Positions 14,937 to 31,566 of a DNA stretch of 64,000 bases are shown piece after piece. Origin of the DNA: the human T2T-CHM13v2.0 reference genome, Homo sapiens; the NCBI RefSeq assembly GCF_009914755.1, contig NC_060935.1; one strand, given 5' to 3'. Both the position numbers and the translations under genes were made by a program. Numbering within the stretch: the first letter of the stretch is position 1; every line of letters begins with the position of its first letter. Under the pieces are notes generated by a model. The model made no database searches. It was not told the DNA's origin and saw nothing but the letters and a program-made list of their open reading frames with translations.

Positions 14937-17439
14937 TAAAATATAGAACACATGGAAGTAAGATTATTGTGTACATTTTACCACTAGAAATTTTTATCAA
15001 GTTTGTCAAAATTCTCAGCAATTTGAATTTGAAAATTTTGTCCTGAACATGAGTTGCTGATCTTAAGGACAATGGCCATGCATACAAACAGGGATACATG
15101 AATTTATCTTGAATTAGTCTTAAAAAGCTTGGAAATATATGAATTGGCATGCATGTCTTTATTCATTTATTTAAGTAACATTCTTGAGTATGGTGCAGGT
15201 GGCTGGCTATATAAAAATAAATTTAAAAATAGTGATAATATTTGTCCTTTCAGAATTCATTGTCTAGCAAAGGATACAGACACTCAAATGACTATTGTAC
15301 AATTTGCTTAGTGCTAAGGAAGTTTGTACATATTGCTATGAAAACCCAGAGAAGGAAATTCTCATAGTAGTGAGATATTAAGTTCCTGAAGCAAAGCAAG
15401 GAACATTATATTTATGAAGAAAAGTTTTGTTTTCTTTTTCAGAAAGAATCAACACAATCCACTAATTGAGATAAAAGAATTACAAGCATATTTATTTTGG
15501 CTTTTGAGGAATGGGAACAATTGACGATTTACTTTAGACATGATGTTCTTATGTGCTGTAGGTCATCTAAACAGAGCAGCAGTTCTGTAGAAGACTAATA
15601 AACCATGTGTTTCCTATTTCTGTATTAAAGACTCAAGAAAAACAAATGCCCATGATAACTACAATCAAGAAATAGTTTATTCCATGTAACGTAGTGTGCT
15701 TTTAAAGATGAGACTCCTTAAAAAGACATTCCATAGTCAGTATAGAAATGTTATGTCCCATATGTCCTGCTTACATATATACAATGAAGATTAACATAGC
15801 CAAGAACATGAGAAATCCTATGTCAAAGAAATTTGCCTAAATGGTTTAATCACAGAGTCCCTCCTGCTTATTTCTGTTTTCCTGAGTAATGCTACATCCT
15901 GTAGAGAGCTTTGAAAACAATGTCATAACATTCATCTTTACACATATGCTATGTAATATTCTCTTAAGTGCATACTATTAAATCCAGATACTTACCAGGA
16001 CCTTTGTCTGGTCTTGGGGGCACACTGATATTAAGTACCTTTTCCATCTTCACAAGATTCCTACAGGCATCTTTATGAAACTCAGAGATGTCAGATAACC
16101 TTTAATTAGAGTGCATGTCATGGACACTTAGGGTCACCTATGAAAAACTCTAACAGTTACTGTTTACTGAAATCCTGAGTCAAAAACTGATTTTTGCATT
16201 GCATTGCTGGCTCTGCCAAAAACTCTTGTTTTATGTTGAGTCTAATACAGTTCATCTTATGTGCATGTGAAATAAAAAAATAATTGGTATCCTTTTATTT
16301 TCATCGGGATGTGATTCTACATGATCAACTGACCATTTAAATTACAGTATAAAGTTGTCTAACTCACTCAACCCAACAGGACTACCTGAGTTCTAGAGAG
16401 GTAATGAGTAACAACACCTCTAGGTGGTTTCACCAATGGGACATTAATACAGAAAAAATATATGTAAGTAAACCACAACTGTGATTTATTGTGGAAGGGA
16501 ATGCTTTTTACCCACTCTTAATATTTATTTCTATAGGATTGGAATTAATTCAGGCTATAGTCTTGGCTTATCTGGCGCCATTTATCCACTCTGCACCTCA
16601 TGAGGTAGGAGATTTTTCTGATTGCTAAATTTGGAAGAAATACAATATTTCTTCTTTTGCCCAGGTAGCACATGTCCCCTTCTGCAGCTCTGTGCTGTAA
16701 CTCTTCCACATCCAGCATCGCCTTTGATTGGACAATAAGTCTATCAAACGCAGGGTCCACAGCATGACTATCTGACCCTCGGACTAAGCTATGTCACCCA
16801 TCTTGCCTTTATCACCAATAAAGGCAATACATTAGCCTCCCTAATACCTTAATATTTTCTCTTACTTCTGCCTTATTTCCGATGAGTTCAGAACCTTGGC
16901 AGAGAAGAGGGGTATTATTTACTGAACTTGCTCAGTGATACTCATAATTTCAGAACAGCCACGCATCATTTAATGACACTGATACATTCTGAGAAACTCA
17001 TTGCTAGGCGATTTCTTCACTGTGCAAAAATCATAGGGTGTATTTACACAAACCTAGATGCTATATCCTACTATACGCCTAGGCTATATGGTATAGCCTA
17101 TTGCTCCTTAGGCTACAAACCTGTACGGTATGTTATTGTATCATATTGTAGGCAAGTAACACAATGGCAATTATTTGTGTACCTAAAAATATGTAATCAT
17201 AAAAGGTACAGTAAAAACATAGTATAAAAGATAAAAAATAGTACAACTGTATCAGGCACTTTCCATGAATGGAGCTTGCAGGACTGAAAGTTGCTTTGGG
17301 AGAGCCAGTGAATGAATAGTGGTGAATGTGAAGGCCTGGAACATTATTGTACACTACTGTAGACTTTATGAACACTGTGCACTTAAGCTACACAATATTA
17401 ATTGAAAAACATCATTTCTTCAAAAACAATTAACCTTAG

Positions 17440-18131
<692 letters not shown>

Positions 18132-18164
18132 AAGTTTACTGTAACATTTTTACTTTAAAAACTG

Positions 18165-18460
18165 TTTTTTTTTTGTTTGAAACAGAGTCTCTCTCTGTTG
18201 CCCAGGCTGGAGTGCAATAGCCTGTTCTTGGCTCACTGCAACCTCCACCTCCTGGGTTCAAGCAATTCTCCTGCCTCAGCTTTCTGAGTAGCTGGGATTA
18301 CAGGTGCCCACAAACACTCCAAGCAAATTTTTATATTTTTAGTAGAGACGAGGTTTCACCATGTTGGCCAGGCTGGTCTCGAACTCCTGACCTCAGGTGA
18401 TCCACCTGCTTCAGCCTCCCAAAGTGCTGAGATTACAGGCATGAGATGCCGCACCTGGCC
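18165..18460 (-). mobile_element. AluS (Sx-like)
   Basis: Full Alu. TSD TACTT(T/C)AAAAACT (18151-18163 / 18463-18475). Confidence 0.92.
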
Positions 18461-18475
18461 ACTACTTCAAAAACT

Positions 18476-18620
18476 TTTTTATTTGTATTTGTAATTGTTG
18501 TGGATATATAATAGTTGTACATATTTATGGGGTACAGCTGATATTTTGATACAAGCCTATAGTGTGTAATGATTAAATCAAAATGATTGAGATATCAATC
18601 ACCTCAAACATTTATCAATT
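18476..18620 (-). mobile_element. L1MA 3' end fragment
   Basis: atagttgtacatatttatggggtac…ttttgatacaagc…atcacctcaaacatttatc. Confidence 0.7.
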
Positions 18621-19234
18621 ATTTAACTCTATGACTCTTTTCTAATAACATTTATTTTAAAATAAACCCACAGTTTCACTGTACAAAGAATATTTTATTT
18701 AAATCCTTATTACATACTTCTTTTTCTTTTACCTTTTTTTTTTTTTTTTTTTTACTTTAAAATTTTTTCTTAACTAAGACACTACACATACAATATTAGC
18801 CTAGGTTGACAGAGGGTCAGGGTCATAAATATCACAGTCTTCCACTTCCACATCTTGTTCCAGTAGAAAGTCTTTAGGAACAATAACAAGCATGAAGCCA
18901 TTGTCTCTATGATAACAATGTCTTCTCTTCAGTACCTCCTGAGGAACCTGCCTGAGGCTGTTTTATAGTTACCTTTTTTTTACATAAGTAAAAGGAGAAC
19001 ACTCTAAAATAATAATAAAAAGAATAGAATAGTAAACATATAAACCAATAACATAGTAATTTACTATCATTTTCAAGTACTATATACTGTACATAACTCT
19101 ATGTGCTGCACTTCTATATGACTGGCAGTGCAGTAGGATTCTTGACCACAAACACCCAAGTCATGTATTACACTATGATATTAGGACAGCTATGAGGTCA
19201 CTGGGCAATAGGAATTTTTCAACTCCATTATAAT

Positions 19235-19822
19235 TGTTGGGAAAAGCTGAGTGTTGGGAGAAGCTGAGGCAGGGCTTGCATGTCTGACATAATGTAAAAG
19301 AGTCTTGGAACATGTCTGGGGTCCAGGGTCTAAAACCCCTTGTGGCCTTTGGAACACCAAGATCTGTGCTAAAGGGTAGAAGACTACTCTGAAACACCAT
19401 AATCTAAGCCCAGGTCATAAAATCCCTCGTGGCTTGGATAGAATCCAGGGCTCGTGGCTCTGGAATGTGTCTAGACTTGCTGTCTCCTTGTTCCTTGCTC
19501 TCCCAGGATCGATTGTATCTTGGGTTAAAAGAACCTGCTCTCCATTATCTCAAGTAGCAGCGCAAATGCTAAACCATCACAGCTGTAAATCATGTGCTTA
19601 GTGCAACGTGACGTTTTGACCTCCACATTCTCACCACCTGTTTCTTTATTGGATCACCAATAAATAGCGCGGGTTCCCAGAGCCTGGGACCTTCGCAGCC
19701 TCCACAATCGCGATGGCCCCCTGGTCCCACCTTTCTCTCTCAAACTGTCTTTTTCTCAATCCTTTGACTCTGCCAGACTTTGTTGCCCCCAGGACCTGGT
19801 GTTGAGTCTGATCACCCCAGCA
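19235..19822 (+). mobile_element. ERVK solo LTR, LTR14B/C-like (588 bp)
   Basis: tgttgggaaaagctgagtgttgggagaagctgaggcagggcttgcatg start, AATAAA near 19658, …gatcaccccagca end. Flanks ATAAT/ATAAG. Tigger3b sequence continues on both sides. Confidence 0.75.
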
Positions 19823-20295
19823 ATAAGGGTATGGGATCACCATCATATATGAGATCCATTGTTGACCGAAATGTCATTATGTGCTTTATGATGGTCATGA
19901 TTCAGGGATGTTGCTCTGTGAAGAATTTCACAGAGTTTTCTCTCAGAAAACTCAAATGTTTGGGTAGATATGAGAACTGACTTTTCCTTTTTGCCAAGTA
20001 ACACCCTCAGTATATTACACACACCACCTTATTTAATCCTCATAAACTATAGATGAGGTAAAAATTACTAATCTTACCACTTCAAGACAACCTGAGGCTC
20101 AAAAAGTTTCAATAATCTATACAATGTCAGGTAGCTTCTAAATTCCTCGCTCTACTATGCAGGTAAGTTTATTATATAAAATTTCTACAGAAGCTAAATT
20201 ATGCACCATCTCTCCCCATAATGTTTAACCCAGCACAATTCAGCTCAAACCTGTAGGAGAATGAATATCTTCTAGTTTGTAAAAACTTAAAAAGG

Positions 20296-20622
<327 letters not shown>

Positions 20623-22621
20623 CTAGCTTTCTCACCTTGGAAAAATGCTATATGGGTTTTAAATCTGTATTTATGTCAAAAAAAAAAGCATAATGATAGT
20701 CTTTACTAAATAAAACAAGGTGCTCCATATTAAATTGCATATTAAGTTTTCAGCACAGAGCCTAGCACATAGAAAATATTTAATATATCTGTTTGGTCTT
20801 CAATGCCTGATAGCACAACCACACATATTTAACTGTATTTTCTCTAGTCCCTGGAGCAATTTGCATTGCTGTTCTTCAGTACAAGCAAATGCCTGGCAGA
20901 AATACTTTATTTTTCATATAATTGTTACTGCTTACTCTAACATACATTCCGTGACCACAGAACGACATATAGTCAGACCTTAACACTTTATGCTTTAAGA
21001 TCCAGCCCAAGGCATGTGGAATTATAATTAGTGGAAGGATGTGCCTAAATAAAATAAAGATCGGGTTTTTATTTTGACAAATTCACTAACTCAAAACTGT
21101 ATATAGTTTGTGCCCTCTGTTAGAAATGTTCTCTTTCCTGAGCTCTACCCTCTTTCTCCTGGTTAACTTCTCAGAATGAAAATCCTGAGGGCAGATATGA
21201 CACACATGACTATAGTCTTGTGGGGCTAAAGAATTACTCAAAAGACAAGGATTTATATTTGCCACTGTTTCCCCAGGAACAAACACAGCTCTGGAGAAGC
21301 AATCAATATTTGTTAAATTGAATTGATTGAATATGGTCCACTTCATGCCGGAGGAATGAGGGTAAACAAACACATGTATGATGCTTACCTTATGTGAGGC
21401 ATTTTACAGACACCATGGCAATTCATCTCTAACAATGGCATGTGATGACTAGTACTAACACAACCCCTCTCCCCCATACAAACTGAAGCTTAGAAAGGCT
21501 AAATGCCATGCCTAAAGTTTATCTAGTGCTTATTGGCATTAAATACTGAATTCAGAGCTTTATGTGTTTTATTACAATGCCATGAATTCCATCACTACAT
21601 AATGGATACAGCAAAACCAGTGACATACATTTTGCTCAGACAGATAGGTAGAAATATATAGATATATACAGATGATATAGATTTATTTTCTGGAAAAAAA
21701 ATAGATACCAGAACATTTCAAAAATATTACTCCCAACACTTACTAGATCTTTCATGTAGCACAGTGTAGAAGGTTGCTGGTATGCTTGAGTTGAAAACAA
21801 AACACTTTCCCAGCACTACAACCTAACACAGAAGGTTAATACTTCTGCTAATTCCTCTGAGCAGGAGGTGGCTGCTGACAGTGCTTTCCCTCTTGGACAA
21901 TGACCGTGATGATGCACCTGAACATCCCATTCTTTGGAGAGAGAACATAGACTGCCTCTGGCTCCAGCAGATCAGCACATTTTATTATCAAAAATTGTAG
22001 CAGGAAATGGAAAACATTTAGTCTACCACCTAATTCATACCACTCCTCCCTGAGGTGTGTTGACTCTAATCCTTGGTCCAGTTTGCCTGAAACAAATCAA
22101 ACTGTGGGGAAACACTTCAGCACTTAATCAACTCCACAACTGGAAACACTTTTCTTGCACTCACATCTAATTAACAGTACTAATAAAACTAATGTGATTA
22201 TACTGATACTTTGGCCCAAATACAGAAAAGTGTCACCAAATTAAGCAAAGCAGAAGCTTCCCAGTACCTGTCCATCTCTCATCTCAATGACTGCCAATAA
22301 AAAAATCATGAGCCTCACACTCCCCAGTCATGATGCTCTCCTGCAATGAATTTGCATAATGAATAGTAAAATTGAAATAAACACTAATTATGTACTGAAT
22401 GGGATGTGGAGAGGTGATTCAAGTAATTTGACTAACTAATCAACAGGAGATTATTTCTCAGCTATGTCTGTACATACCAGAAATTGACTACCTGATAAAA
22501 ATGCAAATCAAGTGGTCCAATGGTCAGGACAGTGGCCCAGACAGACATAGACATCAGGGCAGCATGGTTCTGTTATTGTTTGATAGTCTGTGAATAATAT
22601 GTTTACATTTTAGCTGTATCT

Positions 22622-22942
22622 AGCATTCATTGACCACCTATGAGCCAGGCATATATATCCCACCTGCAGGGACAAAGCAGGTAACCCAACCTGGATGTTT
22701 CTGGTACTGATCATGAAAGGCAGACTGAAAGGGCATGTGGATACTGAATGACCACCAGGCCAGCTGCTCTCAGGACTCTGTATAATTTCACAAATTTAAT
22801 CTTTACAAACCTATCTGTTAAAAAACTGATGAGCTAGCTAAAGCACAGAGTTTAATAAACTGGATAACAGCTTACAATTGATGAGGAGTGAACTACAGAA
22901 TTGACCCAAGATGTCTCATCCAAAATCCAGGCTCTCCACCAT
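22622..22942 (-). mobile_element. MIR SINE interrupted by a ~120-bp insertion
   Basis: cattcattgaccacctatgagccaggca … atttaatctttacaaacc … aagcacagag … ccaaaatccaggctctccacca follow the antisense MIR order. Confidence 0.5.
22676..22768 (+). repeat. 93-bp local duplication, copy A
   Basis: Ungapped alignment to 26362-26454, 82/93 identical. Confidence 0.95.
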
Positions 22943-24659
22943 TTAGTTAAATTACCTGTTTCCATCTTTAGGTGATTAAAGCTGAATGAACACAGGGGAT
23001 ACCTACTTGCAGTTTGTTGCAAGAGGACAGCTATCATCTAAGAATTGTTTTCAATCTCTAATCTGTACTTAATGATAACTAAAACTTGGGAAACCCTCAT
23101 CAACCAAACAATTCATATAAGGTGAAGACAGGATAGGCCTTTGTAGCTGCCTGCCTTTTGATACAGAAATACATGAATCCAAATATCAAGTGTTTGGGAG
23201 ATAAAGATGCTCAATTATACATCTAAGCTGTTTGGTTTCAGAATTAAAGTGATTAAATAAATACTAAGATTCATTTTCAATTGAGTACTTTTCACAGGGG
23301 TAGCTCATAGTAAAAGCATCATCAGAAGTACTCTTCAGCGGTTGCCTACACCAGGCAATCTGTTTCTGCCAAAATGCCAATGGTCATCACGGAAGTTCAA
23401 TCACTTCTAACATCACTACAAGTCTCAGATTACTACTGAAGCAGATTTGAGACAGAAGTAACTGTCCTATGAAACAATGCCCCATGCCAGGAGATTTACA
23501 TACATAATCGCCATTCTTCGCAAGGAGATTGTGAAATAGTATTATTAGTCTATTTTGCAAACAAGAAGATGAACTCTGAGATTTTAACTAACTTTCTCAG
23601 CATTACACGAAGTATTTTTTAAGAGCTACTATTCAAAAACCAGATTGTCTTTGAAGTTCTTAAACCTTCCTCAAAAGGGTTTCAAGGTCTGTTTACAAAT
23701 ATTCTCACTATTCCTAGATTAAGAGAATAAAACATTTTTCAAAACATTGCTTATGCCATTTCTTATTTATTCTTTTACATTTATTTTCAGCATTGAGGAT
23801 AAGCAATTAAAAAGAAAGTCACAAATTAAAGTATAGCCTAGAAAACTGCTACTGAGTCTGCTTTTTCTTCAAAGAATATTTCATGATTATTAATCGAGTT
23901 AATTCACATGTAATTGTACACCAATCCACAGGAGCCCACTGGTATCCTGTAGTACTAGGAGCTTGTTGTATGCCCCAATCACTCTTCTAGATTTTATCAC
24001 ATCCACTTCCACATACTGATTCTATAACTATGCTGGATGGGAACACATCAATATAAGTAAGTACCAGGGGATTATATCATAGAGAATCCAAGCCAGACTC
24101 TCCAATTAGAATATGTGGTTGCAAAATATTTTATTTTCCATGATTCTATTTGGTCCATTATAGATAACACTGAAAAAATCTTTTGGCATGATCTTTTCAA
24201 TTAGAAATACTTGCATTCAATACTGATCACACTTTAAATTACAGCAATAAATAAGCAAGATGTGGCCTTCAAGGAGATCCCAGATAGCAACTGAAAAGTA
24301 GCAAGCTTTATTACGTTTGTTCTGTGATAAAAGCAAGTAAATGCTGCATACTTTCAATTCCCCCTTTCAATGGTATTGTAAGTTTAACACAGGAAAACCG
24401 TGCTTAGATATTTAATATGAAATAAATCACTGGATAAGATGAAAATGTTTTAAAAATTCCTTTACATGGCTAAAATGTTAGAAGACATTTTTGTTTTACT
24501 TAAATATGAGATGATTCTTTTTCATGAAAAATAAGCCCATTTACCTTAAAGGGGTATAATTGTTGAAACAATGTGATGAAGGATAAATATAATTTACATG
24601 GGTGATCTCAAGCACTCTCATAACTTCAAATTTTACACACATACTGAATCCTTCACTGA

Positions 24660-26230
<1,571 letters not shown>

Positions 26231-26361
26231 AGATAAACTAGATATTTTTATTTGCATGACTTGCAAGTAGGTTAAACTTCCCATAGCAAAATTTCCAGAT
26301 GAAATTGCAAAATAATATTCCTTACCAAGATTTAGATTGGTGGGTTTACTTAACTAGAATT

Positions 26362-26454
26362 AGCAGGTGACCCAATCTGGATGCTTCTGGTCCTAATTAT
26401 GACAAGCAGACTGAAAAGGCATGTAGATACTGAACGACCACCAGGCCAGCTGCT
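26362..26454 (+). repeat. 93-bp local duplication, copy B
   Basis: Ungapped alignment to 22676-22768, 82/93 identical. Confidence 0.95.
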
Positions 26455-27419
26455 GGGAAAAACAGTTACGGCATCTCACCTCATTATGTACGTTTCTGAT
26501 AAATATTCTCCTGAGGTTTAATAAGCTGCTTTCTTATTACCTAAAACTCTTTCAGATCTGCCACAGAGAAGGTAAAAGGCAAATGATGATCCAGCAACAG
26601 AGACAAGATAGGAGCAAGTGTGATTATTTTGAGATGACTCAAATTAGCCTAGAGTTAACAAAGGGTGGCGGAGGGAGAACTGGCTGACAGACTTACTTGC
26701 TTTTCTAAAACTTAGTTTGAGAAAACATTCAATGTGCCAAGCTACAAGAAAGCCAGCAATTTTACATTCTTAATCAATAAAGTCTGAATGCCATCAATTC
26801 AATATTCATGACAGGAAATAAAATTGCTGCCACATCTTAAATTATATAGCCCTTAGAAGCCCATAAAATATTGTTCTGCATTTGCTTTCCTGACCTTTGT
26901 ATACCACAAGGCCATATGCTTTTGAAGAAGTTGCTAATTCTACCAGACTCACTGGTCTCCCAGAGCACAATCACAAAACCATTCTGAGGTTCTTGCCTAT
27001 TCCTTTCCTTCAAAGGTCACTTCTCCAAAGAGTCCTTCCCTGATAAGACTCAGTGCCTAGCACATCTATCTTTGATCTCTGTACTGACAACATTGGATTC
27101 TTCCTTTTATATGCTCACACAGTCCTTGTAATTTTATTATTTCTCAGCTCTTACACCATTAATTTTTCATTCATGGCCTATTCCAAATTTATTTCATTAA
27201 AATTCCTCTCCTCCAACCAGAAGCTAAACATCGTGCCTATGGGAAATACCCTTTAAACAGTTTTTACCAATTTATTCCTTGCACTTAACACAATAAATAG
27301 AACATAAGTATTTTTAAAACTTGACTGAATAAGTGATTAATGCAATTGATAGTTTCTATCATTCTATGCTATAGTCTAAGAAAATTAAGAATTCTTAATG
27401 TAGTAAAGTTATAAAATTA

Positions 27420-27570
27420 CAAGATACAGAAATGGAAGGGGCCTTAGATATTGTTTATTCCAACTTCTCTGCTTTCTAGATAAGGAGACTGAGGCTAAAA
27501 TTCCGAGATGGGTCCAGAAACCCAAGTTCCCCCAGTTAGTTAGTGACAGAAACTAGATATTTGGAATCCA
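27420..27570 (-). mobile_element. MIR/MIR3 fragment
   Basis: ggaaggggccttagat…tagataaggagactgaggc…gttagtgacagaaactaga. Confidence 0.55.
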
Positions 27571-29869
27571 TCACCAATAGAGTTTCTAAAAAATTGTTGA
27601 TAGGTCTGAAATACAGGTGGTTCCTACAACTTCTGCAGGCCATTCTCCAAAATAGTCTCCTGGACACCATTTTAAATTTATTACAAATGATCCAGTGGGG
27701 CCAATTAGATAAACCAATTCCTTATATGAGATGTGTTGTAAATGCAAATTAATTATAAAGAGGCTTCTCCTTTAGTGCATTATGATTGTCTAGGACTAAC
27801 CCGCAGCTCTTTGTAGACTAGCTAACATGAATAATTGAAAATGTAAAAGCTGTAGATTCAAAACTACCAATTTTCCCAATCCCTTCTCTGTAGGGAGGGG
27901 ATCAACTTAAGTTTAAATTAAAGCCAACCTGAAATTCTATTGAACATTAACATTTCCTGCCTCTTTATTTACCCTTTGATATTCATGCTAGCCATCAGCC
28001 CTATTGAATGACTGACTCTTTGCAATCCTCAAAATGGGCCTAGCCATATTCTATTTTATTTCAAATGTTTTGCAAATGCTGTTGCTCTTACTTCAAGTGA
28101 GTTTGTTTCCTTATTGGTCTAGGTAGCTCATACTTATCCTTCAAAATCCAAGTCGAAAATCATTTTGGAGCAAAGAGCCTCTTGCTTTCTCAAGACAGAA
28201 TTCATGTCTCTCTCCATTGACACCATAGCCTACATTCTTTTCTTCCGATATTCCTTTGTAACCTTGTCACTAATCTGCCACCCCATCTGCCTGGAGACAG
28301 TTAGAAACTAAAGATCTTTGTCCTATTTAATCTCTCTAACTTCAGTGCATGACTCAGTGTTAAATGTTTATATTTTTATTTAAAAATTATGCCCGAGGAC
28401 TTTTTAATAGTCCTAAAATGAACAAAATAAATATAAGCAAATAACAAGATATTTATTATCAGAAAATATGTCAACTTTAAAAGTTATAATGTTTATCAGA
28501 AATCACAAGCTTCTGCATTCCCAAATATATATAAATTGTGCATCATGATGAGTGACCATTAATTTGTCAACTACAGGATACCTAATCATATCAATATAAT
28601 TTATTCTGCAACAGATGACCAATGAAATCATATTGCCTATTTTGTGATACCTATGCTAGGCACAGGAAAAAAAAATAGTTCTGAATGAACAGGCAAATAA
28701 ACTGATCATAACAACAGCATCATAATTGAACTCATTTGTGTATTGAGCTTATCAAGTTATTTATGTATGAGTTATGCAATATGAATAAGCTTATCACTTA
28801 AGGTCCCTAAAAAATAATTAAATGGAGAGAACAGTTTATCTCTAGCTAAAATTTTAGACTTTACTTCTGATTATTGATTCAAATAACAGAATAAAATAAA
28901 GATGCAAATGCCTCCTCTTGAAAAGGCCACAGATCTTAAAAATAATGTATTATGAAGTCTTCTGTACATGCAGAATGAATATATAATTTATATTATAACT
29001 GATTCAGTCTTTAGTGTAAGAAAATAATAAATAAAAATATAAGTCATATTTTGGACTCCCCAATTCAGTGTTTGTTGTCTGGAATCAAATCTGCCTGGAT
29101 TTTTTTTTAAATTCTGCTCTGTTTTCCAGGATTATGTGCTATTGCAATTTTCTGTCATCATGTATTTACCAGTTAACCAGCATCATCCTGGGACATGCTC
29201 AACTGCATTTTGAACACACACATTCAGTGTGATCTCATCTACAATTTTGGTTTAAATGATCAACTATATCCTAATATTTCACATGTTTATACCTTTGGCT
29301 CAGAACTCTTTCTTGAGCCCTAATTTGTTTTTTTTAAAAAAACAAAATGTCTACCTATACCTAGACTTGGATCTTAGAAAAGCACCTCAAATCCATCATT
29401 TCTAAAACTGAACCATTTTTCTTTCATAGTCTTAATGACAATATTCTCACTTTAATATTATATATCCTGCCGATTTCATGCCACAAACCAGAGCATTTAA
29501 TTAATGCCTTTAATTAATTAAATTAATTTAATTAATGCTTTTTCTTTTCATTCACATCCTTATATCCTATCAGTTACCAGGTTCTCTTGGTTCTGCTGAT
29601 CAAATACATTTTGAATCTGCACATTTTTTCTTCCTATTCCCACTATGAATGCCTGTAGTCCTGCTCTCAGCCACTATTCTCCCATCTGATATTTGTAAAA
29701 AATACCTGTGATTCCTGCAACTTCTCTCAGTTAGATTCCTCCAGCAGCCTTGAAACTGGCCTCAAGGCTTCTGGTCTTTCTGACTCCAACCCAGTTTTTT
29801 CACAGCAACCAATATAGTCTATCAAAAAGTCATTTTACTATTTTATACACCTATTGATTATTTTTGTTA

Positions 29870-30250
29870 TTCCTGAGAGTCAAGCTTATTCTGCAGGAGG
29901 AAACAATTACCAAATGTGAATGGCTTAAACAAATAAAATAACATTTTTTTCATGCAAACTACATGTCTAAAGTAGTTCAGCAGGTGACTCTGATTGTTAC
30001 TGGCATTCAAGGATCCAGGCTGTTGGAACTTCAGTGATCAGATCACTGAATCCTTGCAGTAGGGAGGAATGTAATAGTGGCTTGTAAGGGTTCTGCTTGG
30101 ATGTAAAACATGTCACTTCCACCTACATTTAGTCAACCAGAGCAATTCAATGGCCACCCTTAACTTCAAGAGGGTGGATAAATTCAACCTTACTATATGC
30201 TGAAGAAAAGAGAAGCAGACTATTTGTGAATGACATAAAGGACTACTACA
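29870..30250 (-). mobile_element. Old MLT1 (J/K/L class) LTR within an L2 (~29200-30740, +)
   Basis: tggcttaaacaa…catgtcacttccacctacatt…ggccacccttaacttcaag…gactactaca. Confidence 0.6.
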
Positions 30251-31264
30251 GCTTTGTATTACTGTAGCAGTAAAATGTTTACTTCAACACAATTCTAAGG
30301 TCCCAGAGCTCCCTCTGCAGCTTCTCTTCCTGACACTCTTTAACTTTTTACCCAAAGTCCTCAAGATACTATTCTTCCTGCAATCCTTTGAATACAGAAC
30401 ATTCATCATCCTACATGTTCTCTTTCTGACTCGATCTCCTTTCCTCTTCTCAGCCTAGCCAGCTCTTACTTTCTATTCCAGTTTCAGTATAAGAAGCATT
30501 TCTACCAGTAGGACTTCTGTTATTCCCTTTTACTCTTAAGTACTCGTCCTACGCATTCCCTGACTATAATAGAATATTTTTTTTTCAGTTTACTGCACCT
30601 TTAACTGTCCATCTTCGCCAACTAAAACTAAAAGTCATTATAGCAGTGACTGCATGTGTATAACTGGATTCTATTGCATTCTCATAGCTGCCCAAAAACT
30701 AACACAAAGTAAGCATTAATTAAACATTTATTGAATAAATATATGATATTTCTTCACCAGTTAATTTATTTTTAAAACCTGGTTCATTTTAGTAGACTCA
30801 TGGAAGAGCCTAAGTACATTGGGAATACCCGAACCCAAAAAGAGCTTTTTCTAAGTCTTTATAAGAAGATAAGAAGGAGAACCATCTAAAGACAATAATC
30901 TTTAAAATTTAAAGTGATTAAACAGATTCCTTTCTCCTATCTTTCACAATAATTCCCAGTCAATTACTTTGCATATAATGTGGTTTATCATAGTGTTCAT
31001 TCATCAGTCCTGCATCCATTCATTCAACAAATTTATTGCATAACTATCAAATGTCAGGTGTAGTTCTAGACATGGTATATATAGCAGTGAAAAAATACTG
31101 GCCAAATCCCTGCTCTTATACTTTAAAGAAGAAATTGACAGTAAATAAATAAGTAATATTTATACTATATCTAATAGTTATAAATACTGTAAAGATAAAA
31201 TAAATGAAGAATGGAGCTAGGAGAGGCTAGGGTCTAGGAGTAGGAATGAAGTTTTAAGAATAGT

Positions 31265-31566
<302 letters not shown>

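Noticed and set aside
16537-16603. Plus-strand exon-like segment (ctatag|…GAG|gtagga; LELIQAIVLAYLAPFIHSAPHE)
   Set aside because: The peptide is unrecognised, splice sites are only moderate, and there are no partner exons in frame.
22676-22768. The duplicated 93-mer as a miRNA, snoRNA or CRISPR-like repeat
   Set aside because: There are only two copies kilobases apart, no long hairpin, no terminal C/D or H/ACA box arrangement that I can support, and no known mature miRNA recognised.
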